NCBI GenBank assembly: GCA_016176465.1
Contig: JACOXD010000004.1
Location: forward strand, 50,119 to 114,118
Length of the DNA: 64,000 bases
Origin: Candidatus Daviesbacteria bacterium
GTDB taxonomy: Bacteria > Patescibacteriota > Microgenomatia > Daviesbacterales > UBA10151
Direction: 5' to 3'
Below the pieces are notes generated by a model. The model was not told where the DNA came from and made no database searches. It was given only the letters and a program-made list of their open reading frames with translations. The position numbers were made by a program, and so were the translations under genes. Every line of letters starts with the position of its first letter. Positions within the stretch are counted from its first letter, which is position 1. Shown in pieces: positions 56,802 through 64,000 of the stretch.

Positions 56802-57101
56802 ATTTCCGAACCAACCGTACTTTTTTAAGTCTACCATGAAATCTGAAGAAACCTCCACCCCCTCTTGTTCAAGGAGTGTTTTTTGCAAAGCTTTTGAGTG
56901 ATCAAAGCATTTAATGGAGATAAATCCATGTCTATTTATCACCCTAAACCAAGGTAAATCCTCTTCATTATTGTGTAAAATTCCTCCTACAATTCTAGCT
57001 GCTCTTGGCATACCAGCTAAAGTAGCTAATGTTCCATAAGTAGTTACTTTACCATAGGGAATTTTTTTAGTTAAGGAAATAACTTGTAATTTAAAACTCA
57101 A
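56799..57101 (-). CDS. Alkyltransferase-like (ATL/MGMT family) protein
   Basis: IPYGKVTTYG, PRAARIVG, PWFRV (Trp in place of the catalytic Cys). Confidence 0.9.
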   Translation of the reverse strand: MSFKLQVISLTKKIPYGKVTTYGTLATLAGMPRAARIVGGILHNNEEDLPWFRVINRHGFISIKCFDHSKALQKTLLEQEGVEVSSDFMVDLKKYGWFGN

Positions 57102-57355
57102 GATTGGATTAATTTAACCAGTTCTGCTTTTGGCATAGCTCCAATTTTCCTACCCACTTCTTTACCATCCTTTAATACTATATAAGTAGGAATGCTCATT
57201 ACACCATTTTGGGAGGCTTTATCAGGTTCTTCATCAACATTAATCTTTACAATCTCTACTTTACCTGAATATTCTTTTTCTACCTCTTCCAAAATAGGAT
57301 CCATTATCCTACAAGGTCCACACCATGGAGCCCAAAAATCAAGAAGCTGTGTCAT
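57098..57355 (-). CDS. trxA: Thioredoxin
   Basis: DFWAPWCGPC, V.SIPT. Confidence 0.95.
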   Translation of the reverse strand: MTQLLDFWAPWCGPCRIMDPILEEVEKEYSGKVEIVKINVDEEPDKASQNGVMSIPTYIVLKDGKEVGRKIGAMPKAELVKLIQS

Positions 57356-57400
57356 AGGATAAAAATTATATCACCAAAATTTAAAGATTAAAGTAGTTAC

Positions 57401-58132
57401 TTAAATGAAACCGTGCGCTGAAACTTGACCTCCCTGTTGAGAAGGCGCTTCCATTAAAACTGCTCGTACATGAGCCTCTACCAATTTAGACATAACCTCC
57501 CCATCTCCTTGATCCATAAAGTACTCCAATATAGTAAAGTAATTCTCCTGATCTGAATCGTCACCTGAGATAAATTGTTTAGCCCAGGCTATCGCCGCAA
57601 CTCTACGATGAGCTAGTTCTACTCTATCTGGTCCTTCGTAAATTTTTCTCACTTGCTCAAGGGGAATCAGTTTCTTATCGTCTTTTCCTAGAAGCAAGGA
57701 TCCGGCCAATTTAGCAAACCCATCACAGATTTCACCATGTAATTCTCCCATCCTTTCTTGAAGTGGAGTTCTTAACCCTGCTGCGGAAGTATAGAATGCC
57801 TCTGCCAATAACTCTAACTTCTCGCGCGTATTAGGAAGAGAATCCCAATCACTTCTAAAAAACGCCGGTACTCCAATTGAAAACCTCTGCGCTTCAGTAT
57901 AGGCCGGATCAGTTCTCACTCCTGCTAATCCACGAGCTGCCAAACTCATCGCTTCAGCCAAAGCTTCATTCCTATTCGGCGCCATCTCTCCATGTGGGCT
58001 AATCAACACATCTATTATTCCTCTTCCCACAACATACATCTCATGAGGCCTTAGAGAACCTGGATCTTGCTCGAATCTTGCTAATAAATCCGGACTTGCC
58101 ATAATTGCTGGGTAATATAAACCTATAGGCAT
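57401..58132 (-). CDS. Hypothetical protein (start probably MASPDLL)
   Basis: Long ORF, Ala/Arg/Glu-rich, no recognised family. Confidence 0.65.
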   Translation of the reverse strand: MPIGLYYPAIMASPDLLARFEQDPGSLRPHEMYVVGRGIIDVLISPHGEMAPNRNEALAEAMSLAARGLAGVRTDPAYTEAQRFSIGVPAFFRSDWDSLPNTREKLELLAEAFYTSAAGLRTPLQERMGELHGEICDGFAKLAGSLLLGKDDKKLIPLEQVRKIYEGPDRVELAHRRVAAIAWAKQFISGDDSDQENYFTILEYFMDQGDGEVMSKLVEAHVRAVLMEAPSQQGGQVSAHGFI

Positions 58133-58191
58133 ATTTTGTCAAATTTTGTCAAAGAATTTTATTAGTGTTAAACTATGCACCATCACCGCTC

Positions 58192-58257
58192 CTGTCATTC
58201 TGAGGCGGAGCCGAAGAATCTAATCTAGATCCTTCACCAGAACGTTCAGGATGACAG
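58192..58257. repeat. Dispersed palindromic element, full copy
   Basis: ctgtcattctga-N-gaagaatct-N-agatccttc-N-tcaggatgacag. Confidence 0.9.
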
Positions 58258-58265
58258 TAAACCAT

Positions 58266-60311
58266 ATGCCCAATAAGCTCCTAGATGATTTAAACCCTAT
58301 CCAACAACAAGCTGTTAAAGCAACTGAGGGCCCTAATTTGGTTTTAGCTGGAGCAGGATCAGGAAAAACAAGAGTACTAACCTACAAGGTTGCATATTTA
58401 ATTTCTGAAAAAAAAGTTCCTGCAGAAGACATAGTTTGTTATACATTTACTAATAAGGCCGCAGGGGAAATGCGAGACCGAATCCTTAAGCTTCTTCAAC
58501 TATACGCTAAACCCTACACCCTAAACGCTATTCCTTTAATGGGTACATTCCACTCTATCTGTGCCAAGATTTTAAGGAAAGAAGGATATAATATTGGGCT
58601 ATCCCCTGGCTTTTCTATTTATGATGAAGGGGATGCGCTAGATGCTGTTAAAGAAGCAATGAAGAATTTAAATCTAGCTACTCAAAAAATTAACCCTGGT
58701 GCTGTTAGGCATACAATTTCATCAGCTAAAAATGAACTAATTTCAGAGTTAGAATATCCCCAAATGATAAGGGGTTATTTTCAAGAAACTGTAGCTAAAG
58801 TTTATTTAGAATATCAAAAAATTTTAAGGCAAAACCAGGCTTTGGATTTTGATGATTTATTAATGAGCACTATTCAACTATTTCAAAGTAACCCTCCAGT
58901 ACTGGCGCGCTATCAAAACCAGTTTCAATATATTTTAGTAGATGAGTATCAAGATACTAATGCCGCTCAGTATCAGCTAATAAAACTTTTAGCTGCGAAA
59001 CACCGAAACATTTGTGTAGTTGGCGACTTCGCACAGGCGATATATAGCTTCAGAGGCGCTGATTATCGAAATATGCTTAGTTTCCAAAAAGATTATCCTG
59101 AGGCTAAGGTATTTAATTTAGAACAAAACTACCGCTCTACTCAAATTATTTTAGATGCAGCCCAAGCTGTAATCTCAGAAAATAAACTGCATCCTATTTT
59201 AAAGCTGTGGACTGATAAAAAAGGTGGCGTAAAAATTAAAATCTTCCAAGCCCGCTCTGAAGTTGAAGAAGCGTTATTTATAGTAGAACAAATACAAACT
59301 CTTACTAGAGCGAGGGGTGACGGCGAGCGGGGTGCCCCATTGAGTCCACGCAGTGAAACGAGGAGATCGAATGGGGCTGCAAGCCGGCAGAACCCGGAGC
59401 AAATGAGTCTATCGGATTTTGCAGTTTTATATCGTACTAATGCTCAATCCAGAGCGCTGGAAGAGGTTTTCCTAAAGTCAGGTATTCCTTATAAATTAGT
59501 AGGCGGGGTGCAATTTTATGAGCGAAAAGAGATTAAGGATGTTTTATCTTATTTAAAGCTATTGCAAAATCCTAAAGATTCTATAGCTATAAAAAGAATA
59601 GAAAAAATAGGTAAGCTTAGGGCTTCTAAATTTTTTGAATTTCAACAGGTCATCCTGAACCCTTCGCTACGCTCGAGGGTGAACTCCGTGAAGGATCCAG
59701 ATTCTTCTCAGGCGAAGCCTGATCAGAATGACAGTATTCCCTTTACCACCCTAGAACTTTTAGATCAAATTTTATCTTTAACCGGTTACTTAGCATATTT
59801 AGACGATGGGAGTGAACAAGGAAAAGTTAGGGTAGAAAACGTTAAAGAGTTACGCTCTGTTGCGGAAGAGTTTCCTAATTTAGTTTTATTTTTGGAAAAT
59901 GTAGCTTTAGTTCAAGAAAACCAGCTACCTGAAAGTAAAAGAAAAATGGATCAAGAAGCTGTTACTTTAATGACAATTCATGCCTCCAAAGGTTTGGAAT
60001 TTCCAGTTATATTTTTAACTGGAATGGAGGAAGGTTTATTCCCCCACTCCCGTTCTATGCTTGATCCCAGTGAAATGGAGGAAGAAAGACGTTTAGCTTA
60101 TGTAGGAATTACCAGAGCAAAAGATAAATTATTTTTAACTCATACCCGCTCAAGATTATATTTTGGAAGTAAAACAAATAGCATTGTCTCCCGTTTTATT
60201 ATGGCAATACCAGAAAAGCTACTGGATTTATCTGAAGGTTTCAGAGATTCTGATAGATTTGATGATGATATAACTCCTATTAATGATGAGGAAGAGTGGT
60301 TAAATGGATAA
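58266..60311 (+). CDS. pcrA: UvrD/PcrA helicase with three in-frame repeat insertions (listed ATG at 58251 lies inside the upstream repeat)
   Basis: AGAGSGKT, TFTNKAA.EM, VDEYQDTN, NYRST, TIHASKGLEF, EERRLAYVGITRA. Confidence 0.95.
   Translation: MPNKLLDDLNPIQQQAVKATEGPNLVLAGAGSGKTRVLTYKVAYLISEKKVPAEDIVCYTFTNKAAGEMRDRILKLLQLYAKPYTLNAIPLMGTFHSICAKILRKEGYNIGLSPGFSIYDEGDALDAVKEAMKNLNLATQKINPGAVRHTISSAKNELISELEYPQMIRGYFQETVAKVYLEYQKILRQNQALDFDDLLMSTIQLFQSNPPVLARYQNQFQYILVDEYQDTNAAQYQLIKLLAAKHRNICVVGDFAQAIYSFRGADYRNMLSFQKDYPEAKVFNLEQNYRSTQIILDAAQAVISENKLHPILKLWTDKKGGVKIKIFQARSEVEEALFIVEQIQTLTRARGDGERGAPLSPRSETRRSNGAASRQNPEQMSLSDFAVLYRTNAQSRALEEVFLKSGIPYKLVGGVQFYERKEIKDVLSYLKLLQNPKDSIAIKRIEKIGKLRASKFFEFQQVILNPSLRSRVNSVKDPDSSQAKPDQNDSIPFTTLELLDQILSLTGYLAYLDDGSEQGKVRVENVKELRSVAEEFPNLVLFLENVALVQENQLPESKRKMDQEAVTLMTIHASKGLEFPVIFLTGMEEGLFPHSRSMLDPSEMEEERRLAYVGITRAKDKLFLTHTRSRLYFGSKTNSIVSRFIMAIPEKLLDLSEGFRDSDRFDDDITPINDEEEWLNG
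59649..59732. repeat. Full palindromic element in frame in pcrA (84 bp, 28 codons)
   Basis: gtcatcctga..gaaggatc..gattcttc..tcagaatgac, the reverse orientation of the intergenic copies. Confidence 0.9.
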
Positions 60312-60996
60312 GGCAGCTCTTCTTTTGCTATTAACTTTATCTTCAGCAATTTTTCCCAACTTACCTTCATTTTCCCTTCCAACAGAAAATAGTGAGACAG
60401 AACCAGATCTAGTTTTAAAAGTATCCCAACCAGTTAAAACTTCTTCTTTTTTTGAGGAAAAAGAAGAAGTTAAGGAAGAAGAAATAGAAAGGCAAACAAA
60501 ATACGAGGATGATGCAGAGTTAGAACTGGGGGAAGAAAAAATAAAAGAAGCGGGTGAGGATGGAAAAAGGATAAAAACTTATAAAGTGACCTTTTACCAA
60601 GGAAAAGAATATGAAAGAGAACTTATATCTACTAAGATAGATTACCCTAAAGATAAGATTATATTAAAAGGAACAAAAATTGTTTGGAGAACTGCCAGTA
60701 CCCCTGATGGAGATATTCAGTATTGGAGGAAACTTAAAGTTTGGGCAACTCATTATGATTCTAAGTGTTTAGGTTGTAATGAATGGACAGCAACAGGATT
60801 AAGAGCAGGCAAAGGAGTAATCGCAGTTGATCCAAAAGTAATAAAATTAGGATCACGAGTTTACATCCCAGGATATGGGCTTGCAACAGCAGGTGATACA
60901 GGTGGGGCAATTAAAGGAAATATTATAGATTTAGGATTTGATGACGCTAGAACTGCAGGGTGGCGAGCACAATATGTGGACATTTATCTTCTATAA
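60304..60996 (+). CDS. G5 plus 3D-domain cell-wall protein
   Basis: G5-like G.DG, TATG, IAVDPKVIKLG, DTGGAIKGN.IDL. Confidence 0.9.
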   Translation: MDKAALLLLLTLSSAIFPNLPSFSLPTENSETEPDLVLKVSQPVKTSSFFEEKEEVKEEEIERQTKYEDDAELELGEEKIKEAGEDGKRIKTYKVTFYQGKEYERELISTKIDYPKDKIILKGTKIVWRTASTPDGDIQYWRKLKVWATHYDSKCLGCNEWTATGLRAGKGVIAVDPKVIKLGSRVYIPGYGLATAGDTGGAIKGNIIDLGFDDARTAGWRAQYVDIYLL

Positions 60997-61002
60997 TTTT
61001 CC

Positions 61003-61024
61003 ATCCTGAGCGTAGTCGAAGGAT
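61003..61024. repeat. Minimal palindromic element between convergent genes
   Basis: atcctgagcgtagtcgaaggat. Confidence 0.8.
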
Positions 61025-61037
61025 AGATATATATCTT

Positions 61038-61838
61038 TTATAAAAATTTAAATGTTTCAATTATCTTTTCATATATAGCTTTATTTTTATCAGGGTTTCC
61101 TGAAGTTTGAGCCGGATTTATAATGATCTCATAAATTTTATCTCCTTTTAATGCAACTATATTAGCTTCAACCCCTACTTGTCCCCCGCAACATCCATCT
61201 ATTCTTAATGCGTCTAGTCCTCCTAGTTTAGTATTCTTAATCTCTATATCTTTTAAGCTATCTTTACCATATTTTATAAATAAACCCTTCCCAAAATACT
61301 GTTCCAAATTTTCCCTTGTGTACCCTTCATTATTCTTTTTTATTCCTATCGATACTTGGTAAGTTACTGCTAGGGGCTTTTCTTCATTAAAAATGTCATT
61401 AGGCTCTAAATTAATAATGCCTGGCCAAGAGGCATTTATATTAGCTGGACCACTCCTTATTGAATATTTATCAAGTGGATACTCTATTTGATAAAACCTT
61501 GTTGCCTGATAAGTACTCCAATTTGTAGAATCAGATTTGCTATCTTCTAATTCTTTAAACTCATCCTCTAGTCTTTTCTGTTCCTCTTCACTAAGTTTTT
61601 GGGTAAAACTTCTTCCATCTTTAGTATTACACTGAGTAGGATAAGATTCCATCACTGGATAATATTTTGCACACTCTTCAAAAGAATTAATATTTTTAAT
61701 TCTTTGCTGCTGAAAATAGAAATATGTACCGTATACTAATCCTGCAAAAATCACTACAGCTAAAAGTATAACTACTAAAGAAAACCCTTTTGCATTAAGT
61801 TTTTTTGATTTCAAGTGGGATGGAGATAGTATGAACAT
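61038..61838 (-). CDS. Pilin-leader (KGF) exported protein, paralog of 62439-63371; apparent native ATG at 61795 is out of frame by 1 nt
   Basis: KGFSLV-TM-INSFEEC..PV.ESYP.QC shared with the paralog; PsbP-like C-terminus. Confidence 0.7.
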   Translation of the reverse strand: MFILSPSHLKSKKLNAKGFSLVVILLAVVIFAGLVYGTYFYFQQQRIKNINSFEECAKYYPVMESYPTQCNTKDGRSFTQKLSEEEQKRLEDEFKELEDSKSDSTNWSTYQATRFYQIEYPLDKYSIRSGPANINASWPGIINLEPNDIFNEEKPLAVTYQVSIGIKKNNEGYTRENLEQYFGKGLFIKYGKDSLKDIEIKNTKLGGLDALRIDGCCGGQVGVEANIVALKGDKIYEIIINPAQTSGNPDKNKAIYEKIIETFKFL

Positions 61839-62127
61839 TTTTTATTTTATCCTCAGCTTTTTTAGCTCTTTTAGAAAAATCTGGGCCAGCATCCTTAAAA
61901 AATCTGCTAGCGAATAAAACCTCAATGTAAACTGGCTCATCATCCTTTGTATAATGGGTAATAATTAGATTCCCATCATCTTCACCGTATTCATAAGGTT
62001 TATCTGATAACCAAATATTTAATACATCATCCTCAGGTTCATAAATTATTTTATTTTTTCTAAAAACATTTTTTTTATTCTTAGAAAAGCTTTGCTTATT
62101 CATAGAAAAACTTCGTTTATTTTTCAT
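61795..62127 (-). CDS. DUF2283-family putative antitoxin
   Basis: YEPEDDVLNIWL, IEVL.AS. Confidence 0.78.
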   Translation of the reverse strand: MKNKRSFSMNKQSFSKNKKNVFRKNKIIYEPEDDVLNIWLSDKPYEYGEDDGNLIITHYTKDDEPVYIEVLFASRFFKDAGPDFSKRAKKAEDKIKNVHTISIPLEIKKT

Positions 62128-62374
62128 ATCTACCCCTCCTTGTGGGATAAAAAGTTACTAAGGTAATTATACCATTTACCTCAGAATAAATTATTCTTAA
62201 ATTATAATCCTCATTCAGTTTTCTTAATACAATTTTTACTTTAAGTTCATAATTCTCCATGTAGTGATCAGGGCGCAAAATAGCTTCCTTAATATTATTT
62301 CTCTTTATATTGAATTTAATAATCGAAGGATGGTTAAATTTGTCCTTGGCATGTTTCGTATAAACAAGCTTCAC
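62117..62374 (-). CDS. DUF4258-family (RelE/BrnT-like) putative toxin
   Basis: YTKHA, PD, LRIIY, VTFYP...RY; overlaps the DUF2283 gene. Confidence 0.78.
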   Translation of the reverse strand: MKLVYTKHAKDKFNHPSIIKFNIKRNNIKEAILRPDHYMENYELKVKIVLRKLNEDYNLRIIYSEVNGIITLVTFYPTRRGRYEK

Positions 62375-62438
62375 AATGTGATCATATCATGCTGCTTAAG
62401 CTTCAGGCTGGTCAGCAAGATAAATGGATATATTTACT

Positions 62439-63371
62439 CTAATCACAATAATGGTATTTTGTCCCTCTTGAACAACCCATGACAGCACAACTTTCACTTT
62501 TGCTCGTTTTTATATCCTCAGCTTTAATTTCATCTAAACTATCCCCCTTACTTTTGTATAAACATTGCGTCTCAGCTGGAACTCCTCCGCAACACCCGCA
62601 TCCACAAGCCGTATAACTATTAGCCTCTATATCTTCAGCAACATTCTGATCTAAAAATTTAAAAGTAGAGATAATTTTCTCGTATAACCCATTATCCTCT
62701 TTTGGCCACAAAAAAAGATTAGGTTCAATAGCGATCAAATATCTTGGATTGCTGGGGATAGAGATTAAGGTTTGTTGTTTTCCAGATGAAGTCACAACTG
62801 AGTAATATTCACCAAAAATATTACTAACTTTTTTTACTATTTCTTTCGGGGCATTAGGCAGACATGAACTGCCCATATTACATTGAGGATATTCTAATCC
62901 ATATTTTTTTGCTTCTTCCAAACTTGAGATATCAGCTGATTTAGCAATTACGGAAATTTTAATAGAATACGTTGGCGCTTCATTAACTCCAGCCTTAAAG
63001 GTATTCTCTGTTTGTTCACTATCAAATCTTATATTATCTGCGTCAGAATCATAAATATTCCAATTACTGGGATAGCTAATTCTATAGCTCCATTTATCAT
63101 TTGTATAAATTTTCCAATCAGATATATCAACAGGTGGTTTTAGTTTTTCCTGTTCCTCCTCACTTAACTGCTCAGTAAAACTTTTTCCATCTTTAGATTT
63201 GCACTGTCTGGGGTAACTCTCTAAAACAGGATTTCCTGCTTTAACGCACTCTTCAAAAGAATTTATATTTTTGATTTTTTGCTGCTGAAAATAAGAATAA
63301 GTTCCATAAGCTAAACCAGCAAGGATAAGTAAAGCTATTAGAACAATTACTAGCGAAAATCCTTTTTGCAT
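62439..63371 (-). CDS. Pilin-leader (MQKGF) exported protein, PsbP-like with Cys-rich tail
   Basis: MQKGFSL + TM, W..YTN...Y.I.YP..W, I.STFKF, CGCGCC. Confidence 0.8.
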   Translation of the reverse strand: MQKGFSLVIVLIALLILAGLAYGTYSYFQQQKIKNINSFEECVKAGNPVLESYPRQCKSKDGKSFTEQLSEEEQEKLKPPVDISDWKIYTNDKWSYRISYPSNWNIYDSDADNIRFDSEQTENTFKAGVNEAPTYSIKISVIAKSADISSLEEAKKYGLEYPQCNMGSSCLPNAPKEIVKKVSNIFGEYYSVVTSSGKQQTLISIPSNPRYLIAIEPNLFLWPKEDNGLYEKIISTFKFLDQNVAEDIEANSYTACGCGCCGGVPAETQCLYKSKGDSLDEIKAEDIKTSKSESCAVMGCSRGTKYHYCD

Positions 63372-63374
63372 AAT

Positions 63375-63998
63375 TTAAGGTCCAAATTTTATGCTACCAA
63401 GAATATTCTCTATGACTTGTTTGTTTTTATTACTGTCTTTTAAAGGGGGGACAATTGTGAACCTAAATATTACACTAGAAATTGCTCCAGAAGGTTGATC
63501 CAGTATCTTGATCACAAATATTTCACTCCCAGGGGAACATCCTTCTCCGTTACAATCAACATCTAGCCTTATCCCCGATAACCCGTCAACTGAGGTTTCT
63601 TTGGCGGTTACACCTTTATCAAAACCAAGATAGACTGGTGATATATATCCATATCTTTCAGATAAATCTTTAGCATTAAAAAGAGCTAAATTATCTTTAT
63701 TATTAAAAACAAATATGGATAAAGTATATGGTGGATTTTCAAGATTTTGTTTTGCATATTGATCGTTTGGTTTTAAAGTAACCCCAATAGGTTGAAATAA
63801 GAGGCTACGTGAATTATAAAGACCCCCGATGTATGTTTCATCTGGCCATAAAAGTGAATACTTATCTAGGGGATACTTGAGCTCCTTTATCCATCCTTGC
63901 TTAAAGGTCTCCCAATTAGCTGTTTCATCTACTGAGAGTGAGGATTGGGGAGATGATGTTATTACAGGGTTTTGGGGTTGGGGTTTTGGAGTACTAAC
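63375..63998 (-). CDS. 3' part of an exported PsbP-like protein starting beyond the window
   Basis: Reading frame with a Pro/Ser/Thr linker, DETANWETF, ending ENILGSIKFGP*. Confidence 0.6.
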   Translation of the reverse strand, partial: VSTPKPQPQNPVITSSPQSSLSVDETANWETFKQGWIKELKYPLDKYSLLWPDETYIGGLYNSRSLLFQPIGVTLKPNDQYAKQNLENPPYTLSIFVFNNKDNLALFNAKDLSERYGYISPVYLGFDKGVTAKETSVDGLSGIRLDVDCNGEGCSPGSEIFVIKILDQPSGAISSVIFRFTIVPPLKDSNKNKQVIENILGSIKFGP

Positions 63999-64000
63999 CC

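Noticed and set aside
58251-58265. pcrA start at the ATG 58251
   Set aside because: That ATG is part of the repeat end (caggATGac); MPNKLL at 58266 is more plausible
58500-58534. Resemblance of the heptamers to the plant telomere repeat CCCTAAA
   Set aside because: Units are degenerate and few and lie within bacterial ORFs; treated as coincidental
59334-59378. Possible hammerhead ribozyme (tgag...gaaac) in pcrA
   Set aside because: The CUGANGA core and required stems are not properly present
4366-61024. Palindromic repeats as a CRISPR array or integron attC sites
   Set aside because: They are dispersed with no regular spacers or cas genes, lack attC-type RYYYAAC/GTTRRRY ends, and no integrase is present
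1700-62482. Many short overlapping or antisense ORFs (e.g. 4061, 17974, 21458, 24108, 33413, 38849, 43331, 48440)
   Set aside because: Shadows of well-supported genes on the other strand or frame

Overview
Low-GC bacterial chromosomal segment whose gene content and style suggest a Patescibacteria/CPR (Microgenomates-like) genome; this is inference from a C-terminally short AlaS, N-terminally short IF-2, a degenerate DHH protein, sortases, KGF pilin-like proteins and missing rimP/rbfA at their usual sites. The housekeeping backbone includes metK, mltG, ruvX, alaS, folC, ftsK, rnj, pnp, rpsO, infB, nusA, hrcA-grpE-dnaK-dnaJ, lepA, murJ, rpsT, holA, tpiA, trxA and pcrA. Main highlights: (1) a 6.2-kb highly divergent type II fatty-acid-synthase-like cluster (SDR-FabZ fusion with an enoyl-reductase-type Y-x6-K motif, FabG, two FabF-like ketosynthases, FabD) with no ACP, FabH or ACC in the window, unexpected for a lineage generally considered unable to make fatty acids; (2) a dense set of short palindromic elements, many built on a T(C/T)CTGA...GAAG(G/A)A hairpin, that occur between genes, nested in each other, inside a riboswitch leader, and in frame inside essential genes (alaS, infB, nusA, dnaK, grpE, lepA, pcrA); (3) a minimised SAM-I-like riboswitch and a T-box with an ultrashort Stem I and GCC(Ala) specifier; (4) 3'-end replacement scars at alaS (vapBC cassette with a 28-bp direct repeat) and possibly rpsT; (5) pilin-leader paralogs with a constant N-terminus, variable C-terminus and an intervening toxin-antitoxin pair. 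No tRNA, rRNA, CRISPR array or transposase was recognised.
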